A stretch of DNA of 64,000 nucleotides, taken from assembly GCA_965279375.1 (NCBI GenBank), contig OZ257156.1, positions 4,160,001-4,224,000 on the forward strand, given 5' to 3'. The notes under the pieces are model-generated. The model did no database searches. It had not been told where the DNA came from and worked only from the letters and a program-made list of their open reading frames with translations. Both the position numbers and the translations under genes were made by a program. This stretch comes from Gemmatimonas sp. (GTDB lineage: Bacteria; Gemmatimonadota; Gemmatimonadetes; Gemmatimonadales; Gemmatimonadaceae). How positions within the stretch are numbered: position 1 is the stretch's first letter; the number at the start of each line of letters is the position of its first letter. Of the stretch, positions 9,517 to 19,776 are shown in pieces.

Positions 9517-11477
9517 CGCGCGGCTTCTCCTTCGAGATAGGTGTAGCCTTCGAGACCTGCGACGTAGTCCGCGATGAAGGCATTCGCCTCCTCACGCGAC
9601 AACGACTGCGTCGCGTTGACTTTACGGCGGAAGGTGGCGAGAAGTTGCGAGGCGCCGAACTGCACGTAGTTGAGGACTTCCGTGACGGTGTCGCCTTCCA
9701 CGAGGTCGGTGATCTCGTAGGCGCCCGCGTCGTTGAGCCGCACATGCACCGCGTTGGTGTCGCCGAACAGGTTGTGCAGGTCGCCGAGGATTTCCTGATA
9801 GGCGCCGGTCAGGAAGATGCCGAGGATGTAGTCCTCGCCGTCGCGGAACTCGTGCATCTCGAGGCTCGGGCGTCCTTTCTTGTCGCCTACGAAGCGATCG
9901 ATCTTGCCGTCGGAGTCGCAGGTGACGTCCTGGAGCGTCCCGCGGCGCATCGGTTCTTCATCCAACCGATGAATCGGCATGATCGGGAAGAGCTGATCGA
10001 TGGCCCAGCTGTCCGGCAACGACTGGAACAGCGAGAAGTTGCAGAAGTAGCGATCGACGAGCGCAGCTTCCAGCTCGGGAAGGATGTCTTCGTACGTATC
10101 GGGATCGGCGGCGGCGATGCGATAGGTCGCATTCATCGTGGCGAGCCACAGCACTTCGGCCTTGGCCAGCCCGCGCAGGTCGAGCACGCCGCTATTGAAG
10201 TAGTTGCGCGCGCGGTCCTTGTCGAAGGAGGCGTCGTGGAATACCTCGAGCACCTTGCGCGGCTTCGCGCCACGCTCGGTCAGGGTGCGCCAGTCCTCGA
10301 ACATCTCGTGCAGCAGCGAGTGATCATCGTCGTCGAGCTGCGGCACCGGCTGCTCGGCCTGCGACTCCACGTCGATCACCTTCACGAGCAGCAGCGCGTG
10401 GTGCGCCGTGAGCGCGCGCCCCGATTCGCTGATGATGTGCGGCATCGGCAACTCTGCTTCGCGGCACGCTTCGGCGATCGTGTAAATCACGTCGTTGGCG
10501 TACTCCTGCGGCGTGTAGTTGACGCTGGCGTTGTTCGTCGAGCAGGTACCGTCATAGTCGATACCGAGACCGCCTCCGACATCGACGTGCGTGATATCGA
10601 CGCCCATGGCGCGCAGCTCCATGTAGAAGCGCGCGACTTCCTGCAGCCCCGACTTGATGAAGCGAATGTCGGTGATCTGACTGCCGAGATGGAAGTGAAT
10701 GAGCTTGAGCACATCGAGGCGGTTCTCCGCCTTCAGGCGATCGATCAGCTTGACGAGTTCGGCGGAGCTGAGGCCGAACTTGCTCTTCTCGCCGCCGCTC
10801 TGCGCCCAGCGACCAGCGCCTTCGCTGGCGAGCTTGATGCGCACGCCGCACACCGGGCGCACGCTGAGCTCGTCGGCGACCTCGAGCAACACGTCGAGCT
10901 CGCTCAGCTGCTCGAGCACGATGAACACGCGATGGCCAAGCTTCTGGCCCATCAGTGCCAACCGCATGAACTCGTGATCCTTATATCCGTTGCAGACGAT
11001 CAAATGCTCGGTCGTCTCGGACAGACCAAGCACCGCCTGGAGCTCGGGCTTGGAGCCGCACTCGAGGCCCACGCCATGCCGCTTGCCGAACTGCACGATC
11101 TCTTCGACGACGTGCCGCTGCTGATTCACCTTGATCGGATACACGGTCGTATAGCCGCCGGTGTACTCGAACTCCTTCATCGCCGCACTGAAGCGCTCGC
11201 TCAGCGTTTCGATGCGCGAGCGAAGAATGTCGGAGAAGCGCAGTAGCACAGGCAGTTGAATGCCCTGCTGCTCGAGGTCGCCTGCGAGATCCTTGAGATC
11301 GAGCTCGAGGTGCGGACGCTCCGGATCCGGGCGCACGACGACATTGCCGCGTGCGTTGATGTCGAAGTAGCCGGCACCCCAGCCTTCGATGTTGTAGAGG
11401 GCGCGAGCTGCCTCGATGGTCCAGGCGGCGGGCGCTGGCGCGGGCACTTCGATGATCGGAGCGATTCTGGTAGCCAT
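9513..11477 (-). CDS. speA: Biosynthetic arginine decarboxylase
   Basis: YNIEGWG.GYF, YPIKVNQ (PLP Lys), CNGYKD, SKFGL, HFHLGSQI, ESGRA, TCDSDG, GAYQEILGDLHNLFG. Confidence 0.97.
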   Translation of the reverse strand: MATRIAPIIEVPAPAPAAWTIEAARALYNIEGWGAGYFDINARGNVVVRPDPERPHLELDLKDLAGDLEQQGIQLPVLLRFSDILRSRIETLSERFSAAMKEFEYTGGYTTVYPIKVNQQRHVVEEIVQFGKRHGVGLECGSKPELQAVLGLSETTEHLIVCNGYKDHEFMRLALMGQKLGHRVFIVLEQLSELDVLLEVADELSVRPVCGVRIKLASEGAGRWAQSGGEKSKFGLSSAELVKLIDRLKAENRLDVLKLIHFHLGSQITDIRFIKSGLQEVARFYMELRAMGVDITHVDVGGGLGIDYDGTCSTNNASVNYTPQEYANDVIYTIAEACREAELPMPHIISESGRALTAHHALLLVKVIDVESQAEQPVPQLDDDDHSLLHEMFEDWRTLTERGAKPRKVLEVFHDASFDKDRARNYFNSGVLDLRGLAKAEVLWLATMNATYRIAAADPDTYEDILPELEAALVDRYFCNFSLFQSLPDSWAIDQLFPIMPIHRLDEEPMRRGTLQDVTCDSDGKIDRFVGDKKGRPSLEMHEFRDGEDYILGIFLTGAYQEILGDLHNLFGDTNAVHVRLNDAGAYEITDLVEGDTVTEVLNYVQFGASQLLATFRRKVNATQSLSREEANAFIADYVAGLEGYTYLEGEAAR

Positions 11478-11512
11478 GGCGTCCAAAGTTAGGGGATGCG
11501 TTAGCTTTCCGC

Positions 11513-12667
11513 ATGGACCCATACGTGATCGCTGCGGCGGCAAAGATGGGGAACGTGATCGAATCGGTACTTGCGGCCCTGCGACCGGGACGTGACGGGC
11601 CAACCGCCAAGGCGCTGCGCGTCATTCCGTACCGAAGCATTGGCGATCCAATGCGGCTCAGCGTTCGAGGTCGCGTGGTGCGGCAGGCGCCCACCAACCC
11701 TCGCCGCCTCGCGCGCAAAGGTGCCGTCACGACACGGGAACACCTTGCGGCACTCTACCGCGCATTCGATGCAATCGAAGTGCCGTTCGCGCAGGTGGAA
11801 GCACGCTGCGGGAGCGTTTGCAGCCGAACGACCTGCGACGCGGGCGGCTTCTTCGTGGTCGAGCTATCAGCGCCACGCGGAGGTGAGTGGGCAGCCGGTC
11901 GGCATCATGCACACGTGCACGTGGCCGACCTCGGTCCGACGGCCACCTCCATCGACCACGCGGCGACGCCGTCGGATGAGGCCACGGTGGATGTCTTCGT
12001 GCCGGGCGCGCACTCCACGCTGGCGATCGTGAGCGATCTGGACGACACGGCGATGGACACGAACACGGTGAACACGCTCTCCGCGGTTCGCACCGTACTG
12101 CTCCGCAGCGCCAAGCGTCGCCATCCGGTGCCCGGCGTGTCGTCGCTCTACATCGCGCTGCGTGACGGCCCGGGTGGCGACGATGCGAACCCCGTTTGCT
12201 ACATCTCGAGCGGTGCGTGGAATCTCTACGACGTCGTGCTCGACTACCTCGACACGCACGGACTCCCGGCAGGAGCGATTCTGCTGAATGACTGGGGCTC
12301 TCGCGAACGCACCTTTCATCCGGTGGGACACGCGCACAAGAGCGCGCACGTCACCTCGCTGATGGCGCGTTTGCCCTCGCTGCCCTTCCTGCTGATCGGC
12401 GACGATGTGCAGGAGGATCCGGAGCTCTACGCCGCCGTTGCGCGCGAACACCCGGGCCGCGTACCGGCGATCTGGATTCGCGAGGTGCGCGGCGGCGACG
12501 ATCGGCACGAGCGCATGGAGCGACTCCGTGCAGGATTGGCGCAGGTCGGCACCGATCTGGTGACGGCAGAGGACACGGCGACGTTCGCGGTCGACGCCGC
12601 GCGTCGTGGTTGGCTGCCACACGAACTGGCAGCCCAGTGGCCGCGGCTGGCGATCGGCGAGAGCTGA
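11513..12667 (+). CDS. App1 family (DUF2183) phosphatidate-phosphatase-like protein
   Basis: VSDLDDT (DxDxT), YISSGAWNLYD, LLIGDDVQEDPELY, IWIR. Confidence 0.82.
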   Translation: MDPYVIAAAAKMGNVIESVLAALRPGRDGPTAKALRVIPYRSIGDPMRLSVRGRVVRQAPTNPRRLARKGAVTTREHLAALYRAFDAIEVPFAQVEARCGSVCSRTTCDAGGFFVVELSAPRGGEWAAGRHHAHVHVADLGPTATSIDHAATPSDEATVDVFVPGAHSTLAIVSDLDDTAMDTNTVNTLSAVRTVLLRSAKRRHPVPGVSSLYIALRDGPGGDDANPVCYISSGAWNLYDVVLDYLDTHGLPAGAILLNDWGSRERTFHPVGHAHKSAHVTSLMARLPSLPFLLIGDDVQEDPELYAAVAREHPGRVPAIWIREVRGGDDRHERMERLRAGLAQVGTDLVTAEDTATFAVDAARRGWLPHELAAQWPRLAIGES

Positions 12668-12701
12668 CCGACCACCAGCGCGACCGCAGGACCTGTTGCG
12701 G

Positions 12702-13490
12702 TTAGTTATCGCCGTCCAGCAGACCGCCGATACCACCCAACAAGGACCCTTCCTCGCGACGACCACCACCTGCGCGCGGCGACGCGGCGATGATGCGGTC
12801 AGCGAGACGCGAGAACGGCAGCGTCTGCAGAATCACGCGACCGGGTCCCGTCAGCTTTGCGAAGAACAGGCCTTCGCCGCCGAAGAGCGCGGTCTTGATG
12901 CCCGGCACGCGCTGGATGTCGTACTGCACCGTCGGCTGAAACGCGACAAGGCAGCCAGTGTCCGCGCGCAGCACTTCGCCGGGGGCCAGATCGACCGCGT
13001 GCAGCGTGCCCGACGCGTGCAGAAACGCGAGACCGTCGCCGGTCAGCTTCTGCAGGATGAAGCCTTCACCGCCAAAGAAACCCGCGCCGAACTTGCGCGT
13101 GAAGGCGACGGAAATGTCGATGCCGCGCGCGGCGCAGAGGAAGCTGTCCTTCTGCGCCATCACGGTGCCGCCCCAGTCCTTGAGGTTGAGCGGAAGAATC
13201 TTGCCCGGATACGGCGCAGCGAACGCGACATCCGCGCGGCGTGCGCCTTCGTTGCCGAAGAGCGTCACGAAGAACGAATCGCCGGCCAGTACGCGCTTGC
13301 CAGCACCGACCAGCTTGTCGAACAACGAACCCGATCGCGCATTCGGATCGAGCGTGGTGGCCATCGTGATGCCTTCCCTCATGAACATCATGCCGCCGGC
13401 TTCGGCGAACACCGCCTCGCCCGGGTCCAGCGTGATGATCACCGCCTGCAGGTCATCGCCAATGATTTGGTAGTCGATTTCGTCAGCCAT
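12702..13490 (-). CDS. TIGR00266 / AIM24 family protein
   Basis: IIGDDLQ, AEAGGMM, AFAAPYPGKI, FFGGEGFILQKL, LQTLPFSRLA. Start overlaps the upstream stop (TGATG). Confidence 0.92.
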   Translation of the reverse strand: MADEIDYQIIGDDLQAVIITLDPGEAVFAEAGGMMFMREGITMATTLDPNARSGSLFDKLVGAGKRVLAGDSFFVTLFGNEGARRADVAFAAPYPGKILPLNLKDWGGTVMAQKDSFLCAARGIDISVAFTRKFGAGFFGGEGFILQKLTGDGLAFLHASGTLHAVDLAPGEVLRADTGCLVAFQPTVQYDIQRVPGIKTALFGGEGLFFAKLTGPGRVILQTLPFSRLADRIIAASPRAGGGRREEGSLLGGIGGLLDGDN

Positions 13491-16474
13491 CACTTTGCTC
13501 CGTTGGGACGTCCGGACGTGGAGGAACCGGAATTCGGGGTCGTCGGGGTGGTTGGTGCGCCGGTCATCTTCACCTGATCGCGTCCCTTCTCGAGGAACGG
13601 GATGCCGCGCACCATCCAAGACGCGGGTTGGGCCCCCAGAAGTTTCGTCGCGAAGAAGTCCTGCATCTTCCGATCGATGTCCTTCTGGTTGGCGCGCTTG
13701 GTCGGGTTATGCTCGTCGCCGTTGTACACGACCATGTACGCCTCCTTCTGCAGGCGACGCATCGCGACGTAGAACTCGATGCCCTGGTACCATGGCACCG
13801 CGCCGTCGTTGTCGTTGGCCATGAACAGCACTGGCGTCGTCACGCGGTCGAGACGGAACAGCGGCGAGTTCTCGACATAGCGCTCCGGATACTGCCAGAG
13901 CGATCCGCCAATCCGGCTCTGCGTGTGCTCGTACTGAAACGACCGCGCGATGCCCGACTGCCAGCGAATGCCGCCATACGCGCTCGTCATGTTCACCACC
14001 GTCGCATTCGGCACGGCCGCCGCGAACATGTTGGTCACCGTAACGAGATACGCCGTCTGGTAGCCACCCCACGACTGACCAGTAATGCCGAGCCGCTTGG
14101 GATCCACAAAACCCTTGGCGATCAACGACTGCACGCCGGGAATGATCGCCTTGGCCGCGCTCGGTCCTGGCTGCCCATCGGTGTAGACGATGTCGGGCAT
14201 GAAGACGAGGTAGCCGAGCGCGTTGTAGACCATCGGGCTGACGACGTTGCGTCCCGTGGGCGCGGAGTAGTTGTGCAATCCGTCCGACAACTTCTCGTAG
14301 TAGTACGTCACCATCGGGTACTGCTTGCTCGCGTCAAAGCCTTCCGGCTTGTACAGCAATCCCTGCAGCGGCACGCCGTCGGTGTTGAGCCACGACACCA
14401 GCTCCACCGTGCCACGCGGGTACTGCGACTCCTGCGGGTTGGCGTTCGAGATCTGCGCCACCTGCGTGAGCGAGTTGCCCGTCCACAGATTCGGGAACTC
14501 GCGATACGTCTGCTGCGTCATCAGGTACTGCTCGGCCTTGCGCGCCTTCTGCAGCGCACCGTAGTTGCGCGCGGCCATGATGATGCGCTCCGGCTTCGCA
14601 TCGACGCCCACGCGATCGCGCCAGTAGCCGCTGTTCTTCGTCGCGTCTTCCACCACGCGCAGCAACACGGGCTGCGTGGGATCGACGAATCGATCTTCGG
14701 GATCGAGGTCGACCACGCGCATCGTCTGCGCGAGACGACGGCCTTCGCCATCGGTCATGTTGCGCGGAGCCACGACGCCGCTCGGATCGATCTCCCACAC
14801 GTCGTAGCGATCGTACACCAGCACGCGCTTCTCACCCGTCGTCCAGCCGGCGATGCCGTACGGTGGCGGCACGTCGGGCGAATCGAACTCCTCGTCCTGG
14901 AACTTCACATCCTTGATCGCGGCGGTGAGACTCGACTTCTTGCCCGTCGCCGTGGCGTACGCGTTCCACTGTCCGTCCTGGAACCACGTGACGTAACTGC
15001 CGCCCGGCGAGAGCTGCGCACCGAAGTCCACTTTCTTGGCAATCAGCGTGCGCACACCGCTGTTGGCGTCGATCAGATAGACATCGCTGCCACCTTCGCC
15101 CCACATCTGCTCGACGGCGTACTCCACCGGGTTGGTCGCGAGCGCGCGACGGCCGTCGTCGCTGACGGTGACCTGCTGCAGCGAATCGCTGCCCAGCTTC
15201 ACCCACTTGCTGCTCGCGATCTGATAAATGGCGAGCTGTGTGCGATTGCGATCGCGCGCCGCTTCCACTTTCTGCTGCGGCTGAATCTTCGTGTCTTTCC
15301 AGTGCCACAGGTCGTACACAGCCTTGTCGGCCAACGAGTCCGCGGGAATGGAATCGAATGGAATGTTGCCGAGCGAGAAGAGCACCGCATTGCCGTCGCG
15401 CGTGAAGTCCACGCGACCACGTTCGGCGATGAGCATCCCGGCCGGCGCTTCCGTTGCCGCGACGATGCGCTTGGCGGCGACGGACTTGCCCTTGGCCGGC
15501 ACCAGTCCGGCGTGATACACCGAGTAGCGCGCTCGCGACGTCGAGTCACCCGCGTCGGTGAGGAAGACCACCTGATCGCCCTTTCGATCGAACGTCATGC
15601 CGCGATAGGTGCCCTTCGCGGTCATCAGCGTCGTCACCGCGCCGCTGGGCAGCGCACGCACATACACACCGTCGGTTGCGCCGTCGCGTGAGCCGACGGT
15701 GTAGCCCAACCACTTCTCGCTTTCGTCGAACGCGTAGTTGGTCACGCCTTCGATGCGCGTTTCGGTGCCGGTCGCCAATTCACGCAGGACGAGTGTCGTG
15801 CCGACATCGCGACGCGGAGCCGGCGTACGCGCCGAGTCACGCGGTGCGGGAGTCGGACGCGCGGCCGCGGAATCTTCCATCAGGTACGCGAGGTACCGAC
15901 CGCCGTTGCGTGCAAAGCGGAACGATCGAACGCGAGGCACCCGCGTCACCTTGCCATCGTTCACATCCAGCAACCCCAACGTCAGCGACGGCGCCGGGGT
16001 CCCGCGGCGTCCTCTTGCGCGCTCGAACTCGGCGCGGGGCGCGTACTGCACGAATGCGACGAATCGTCCGTCGGCGCTGAACTGTGCCGCCTGCGCGGTG
16101 AAGAGCGCGGCGGAGTCGGCCGCAGGCATGAGCTGCGGACGACCCGTGTAACCGCGCGGCGCGCGATATTCCGTCGCAGTGCCGGTGCTGCGTACCACCA
16201 GCTCACCGTCGCCGACGACCGGCGTGAGCGTGTATGCGGCCCACTTGCCGTCGCTCGAGAGCGTCGCGCCCTGAATGCTGCGCCATTCGTCGTACGTGTC
16301 CTGCGTGATCGCCTTCTTGCCGGCGGGCAACGTGACCGTCCACGGCGTGACTTTCGTGTACGGGTTGGCGACGGGCGTCGCCGTTTGCGCGGCGAGCGAC
16401 GGTGGGAGCGCGAGGATCGCGCCGGCCAGCATCGGGGCGAGCGCGAAGGCGCGATGGGTCAAAGCAGTGCGCAT
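13490..16474 (-). CDS. Secreted S9 family (prolyl oligopeptidase-like) peptidase
   Basis: Signal peptide, beta-propeller region, GQSWGG nucleophile motif, NDNDGAVPW (Asp), YNGDEH (His). Confidence 0.9.
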   Translation of the reverse strand: MRTALTHRAFALAPMLAGAILALPPSLAAQTATPVANPYTKVTPWTVTLPAGKKAITQDTYDEWRSIQGATLSSDGKWAAYTLTPVVGDGELVVRSTGTATEYRAPRGYTGRPQLMPAADSAALFTAQAAQFSADGRFVAFVQYAPRAEFERARGRRGTPAPSLTLGLLDVNDGKVTRVPRVRSFRFARNGGRYLAYLMEDSAAARPTPAPRDSARTPAPRRDVGTTLVLRELATGTETRIEGVTNYAFDESEKWLGYTVGSRDGATDGVYVRALPSGAVTTLMTAKGTYRGMTFDRKGDQVVFLTDAGDSTSRARYSVYHAGLVPAKGKSVAAKRIVAATEAPAGMLIAERGRVDFTRDGNAVLFSLGNIPFDSIPADSLADKAVYDLWHWKDTKIQPQQKVEAARDRNRTQLAIYQIASSKWVKLGSDSLQQVTVSDDGRRALATNPVEYAVEQMWGEGGSDVYLIDANSGVRTLIAKKVDFGAQLSPGGSYVTWFQDGQWNAYATATGKKSSLTAAIKDVKFQDEEFDSPDVPPPYGIAGWTTGEKRVLVYDRYDVWEIDPSGVVAPRNMTDGEGRRLAQTMRVVDLDPEDRFVDPTQPVLLRVVEDATKNSGYWRDRVGVDAKPERIIMAARNYGALQKARKAEQYLMTQQTYREFPNLWTGNSLTQVAQISNANPQESQYPRGTVELVSWLNTDGVPLQGLLYKPEGFDASKQYPMVTYYYEKLSDGLHNYSAPTGRNVVSPMVYNALGYLVFMPDIVYTDGQPGPSAAKAIIPGVQSLIAKGFVDPKRLGITGQSWGGYQTAYLVTVTNMFAAAVPNATVVNMTSAYGGIRWQSGIARSFQYEHTQSRIGGSLWQYPERYVENSPLFRLDRVTTPVLFMANDNDGAVPWYQGIEFYVAMRRLQKEAYMVVYNGDEHNPTKRANQKDIDRKMQDFFATKLLGAQPASWMVRGIPFLEKGRDQVKMTGAPTTPTTPNSGSSTSGRPNGAK

Positions 16475-16592
16475 TGGACGCGGAGCAGAAGGTGTGTCGG
16501 ACTGGTCGGGCCGAGCGCGTGGCCCCAACTTGGGGCAGCGGGAAACCGACGGGATAGACTAACGTCACGGCTGAAGCCGCGTGAGGGATTCG

Positions 16593-17180
16593 ATGGGAAG
16601 ACTGCTGGGCTATTTCGCGCGCGGCCTCGTGCTGCTGACGCCGATCGCCGTGACGATCTGGATCTGCTGGAACGTCTTCACGCGTGTGGACGGATGGCTC
16701 GGCTTGCCGATCCCCGGTGCCGGGTTCGTGGCCACGCTGGTGCTGATCACGCTGGTCGGCTTTCTGGGCTCGAATCTCCTCACGCGGTCGGCGGTGGGAC
16801 TGCTCGAGAACGCGATGTCGCGGCTCCCGTTCGTGCGGCTGCTCTATGGCTCTACGAAGGACCTGCTCAATGCGTTCGTCGGCGAGAAGCGACGCTTCGA
16901 CAAGCCGGTCATCATGGCGCTGCAGGCGGACGGCATGGCCCAGCTGGTGGGCTTCGTGACGCAGGAGACGCTCGATCACCTCGGGCTCGTGCGGCATGTC
17001 GCGGTCTACTGCCCGCATTCGTACAATTTCTCCGGTCAGCTCTACGTGGTGCCCGCGTCGCAAGTACGACCGCTGGACGTGGCCAGCGCCGACGCGATGG
17101 CATTCGTCGTCTCGGGTGGCGTCTCAGGGCTCGTGCCCGCGGCGCAGTCGACCGGCGAGTTCGCCGCCGTGAAGCCCTGA
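16593..17180 (+). CDS. DUF502 family membrane protein
   Basis: RGLVLLTPIAVT, RLPFVRLLY..KDL, VYCPHSYNFSG, AMAFVVSGG. Confidence 0.88.
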   Translation: MGRLLGYFARGLVLLTPIAVTIWICWNVFTRVDGWLGLPIPGAGFVATLVLITLVGFLGSNLLTRSAVGLLENAMSRLPFVRLLYGSTKDLLNAFVGEKRRFDKPVIMALQADGMAQLVGFVTQETLDHLGLVRHVAVYCPHSYNFSGQLYVVPASQVRPLDVASADAMAFVVSGGVSGLVPAAQSTGEFAAVKP

Positions 17181-17213
17181 TCATCCGACATCACCTCTCT
17201 CCCGCACCTCTGC

Positions 17214-18578
17214 ATGCGCTTCACGACCCGGCTCACGATGCGCTCCATTCGTTCGCAACTTCCGCGGCAGCTCGCTGCCCTCTCCGCGCTGGTCGCTGGC
17301 CTCTCCACCGCAGCGACGGCCCAGCAGCCTGCGCAACAGGCAGGGCAGCAGGCACCGGCGCCACGCGCGATGCTGCTGGTGCCCGACGCCGTGTTCGATG
17401 GCACCGGCGATACGCCGCAGCGCGGCTGGGGCGTGCTGGTGCGCGGCGCGCGCATTGTGGCGGTGGGTCCGGTGGCCGGCCTCAATGCGCCCGCGGATGT
17501 CGAACGCATCACGCTCAGCGGCACGACGTTGCTGCCGGGATTGAGCGATCTGCACAGCCACGTGCTGCTGCACCCATACGACGAAACGGCGTGGAACGAT
17601 CAGGTCCTGCGTGAGTCGCTCGCACTGCGCACGGCGCGCGCCGTGAATCATCTGCGCGCCACGCTCATGGCCGGCTTTACCGTACTGCGCGACCTGGGGA
17701 CCGAAGGAGCGGCCTACGCGGACGTTGGGCTCAAGGAAGCGGTCGATCAGGGGATCGTACCGGGACCACGACTGTTCGTGACCACCAAGGCGATTGTGGC
17801 GACCGGTTCGTACGGCCCCAAGGGCTTCGGTGCGGAGATTGGCGTGCCGCAGGGCGCCGAAGAGGCCGACGGCGTCGAAGGCGTGACGCGTGTGGTGCGC
17901 GACCAGATCGCGCACGGCGCCGACTGGATCAAGATCTACGCCGACTATCGCTGGGGACCGCGCGGCGAAGCGCGTCCGACGTTCTCCGATGCCGAGTGGA
18001 AGGCGATCGTGGAAGCGGCCAGTTCTAGTGGGCGTCCCGTCGTCGCGCATTCGAGCACTGTGGAGGGGATGCGTCGCAGCATCATGGCGGGCGTGGAGAC
18101 GATCGAGCACGGCGACATGGCAACCGCTGAAACGTTCGCGCTGATGAAGCAGCACGGCGTCGCGTTCTGCCCCACGCTCGCGGCGACGGAGTCGACCACG
18201 CGCTACCGCGGCTGGAAGAAGGGCGTGGATCCCGAACCCGCGGGCATCGCGCAGAAGAAGGCGATGTTCAAGTTGGCACTCGCGTCTGGTGTGACGATCT
18301 GCAACGGCAGTGACGTGGGCGTCTTCACGCATGGCACGAACGCCATCGAGTTGGAGCTGATGGTGGAGTACGGCATGTCGCCAGCGTCCGCGCTGCGCGC
18401 CGCAACCAGCGTGAATGCGAAGATCATGCATCGCGAGAACGAGTTCGGTCGCGTGGCCCCGGGGCTGCTCGCCGACCTGGTGGCCGTGCAGGGCGATCCG
18501 ACCAAGGCGATCGCGCAGCTGCGTCAGGTGAAGTTCGTGATGAAGAACGGGCAGGTCGTGCGGCGCGACACCAACTGA
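17214..18578 (+). CDS. Secreted metal-dependent amidohydrolase (prolidase-like)
   Basis: LPGLSDLHSH, GADWIK, VVAH, TIEHG, GSDVG, GLLADLVAV. Confidence 0.9.
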   Translation: MRFTTRLTMRSIRSQLPRQLAALSALVAGLSTAATAQQPAQQAGQQAPAPRAMLLVPDAVFDGTGDTPQRGWGVLVRGARIVAVGPVAGLNAPADVERITLSGTTLLPGLSDLHSHVLLHPYDETAWNDQVLRESLALRTARAVNHLRATLMAGFTVLRDLGTEGAAYADVGLKEAVDQGIVPGPRLFVTTKAIVATGSYGPKGFGAEIGVPQGAEEADGVEGVTRVVRDQIAHGADWIKIYADYRWGPRGEARPTFSDAEWKAIVEAASSSGRPVVAHSSTVEGMRRSIMAGVETIEHGDMATAETFALMKQHGVAFCPTLAATESTTRYRGWKKGVDPEPAGIAQKKAMFKLALASGVTICNGSDVGVFTHGTNAIELELMVEYGMSPASALRAATSVNAKIMHRENEFGRVAPGLLADLVAVQGDPTKAIAQLRQVKFVMKNGQVVRRDTN

Positions 18579-18589
18579 CCACGGCGGCA

Positions 18590-19699
18590 GTGCAGACCGA
18601 CGGGAGGACCGCGCCGACGGTGATCGTGATCGGCGCAGGCATCGGCGGGCTCGCGTGCGCCGTCGGGCTGCACTTGAACGGCGTGCGAGTGCAGTTGCTC
18701 GAGAAGAGCCGCGGTGTAGGCGGCCGCATGAGCACGCGACGCGAAGCCCCGTGGAGCTTCGATCACGGGGCACCACTGTTGCAGGCGCACAGCGAACGCC
18801 TGCGCAATCAACTGCTCGCGTTCGAGTCCGCTGGCAGACTTGAGCGATACTACGCGTCGTGGATCGGCGTGCCGGGAATGAACGCATTCGCCCGTTCGTT
18901 TGTGGATGATCTCCCTGACACGCCCCATGGTCCGCTCACGCCGACGTTGGGCGCGACGGTGCACTCCATCTCGCGCAGCGATGGTCGCTGGCGCGCGACG
19001 CTCGACGACGGCAACACGTACGACGCCGATGTCATCGTGCTCGCGGTGCCTGCACCGCAGGCCGTGGCCATCCTGCAACGTCGGTCGCTCACGGGCGAAG
19101 GCAACGCTGAGACGAGTGCCGAGGCCCATCTTCCTACGCAAGTCGATACCACTGTCGACCCTATCGCGAGCGCCGTCCAACGTACGTGCGATGCACTGCG
19201 CGCCGTGTACATGACGCCTTGCTGGAGCGTCATGCTTGCGCTCCGCGACGACGTGCCGGACTCCACGCTCGACGGCAGTCTCCTCCCCTCAATCGGCGAT
19301 ACGGAGATGCGCACCTATGCGCAGCATACGCGCCCCGGTCGGAGCAGACGTCCCGCGTTCGTGCTGCACACGAGCGCAGCGTGGACCATTTCGCGGCTCG
19401 AGCAACTGCCAAGCGACATCGAGGCCATCGTGCGTAACGCGATCGCACACGACCAGCCGACGTGGGAGATCGAACACCTGCGCGCGCATCGCTGGCGCTA
19501 TGCACAGGTGACGCGCGGACTTCCGAACGACTTCCTCTGGCACACCGATGCCACGCTTGGCGCCTGCGGCGACTGGGCGCGCGTCAACGATGCGGACGCG
19601 AATGGTATTGAACGAGCGATCGCGAGCGGGCGGGCGCTCGCACGTCAAATCCTGAGTTACTTGGCCGTAGGACCAGCGAGCCGCATTGCAACGAAGTAG
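18590..19699 (+). CDS. Renalase-like NAD(P)/FAD-dependent oxidoreductase
   Basis: IGAGIGG, EKSRGVGGRMSTRR, FDHGA, HRWRYA, CGDW, ERAIASG. Confidence 0.88.
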   Translation: MQTDGRTAPTVIVIGAGIGGLACAVGLHLNGVRVQLLEKSRGVGGRMSTRREAPWSFDHGAPLLQAHSERLRNQLLAFESAGRLERYYASWIGVPGMNAFARSFVDDLPDTPHGPLTPTLGATVHSISRSDGRWRATLDDGNTYDADVIVLAVPAPQAVAILQRRSLTGEGNAETSAEAHLPTQVDTTVDPIASAVQRTCDALRAVYMTPCWSVMLALRDDVPDSTLDGSLLPSIGDTEMRTYAQHTRPGRSRRPAFVLHTSAAWTISRLEQLPSDIEAIVRNAIAHDQPTWEIEHLRAHRWRYAQVTRGLPNDFLWHTDATLGACGDWARVNDADANGIERAIASGRALARQILSYLAVGPASRIATK

Positions 19700-19740
19700 G
19701 CAACGGCCCTCCCCTCCCCGCGCACGCGGTCGCAGGCCGA

Positions 19741-19763
19741 CGCCGAGCGCACGACGCTCGGCG
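19741..19763. terminator. Hairpin between convergent genes
   Basis: CGCCGAGCG-cacga-CGCTCGGCG, no clear U-tract. Confidence 0.5.
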
Positions 19764-19776
19764 GCGCAATTCTCCG

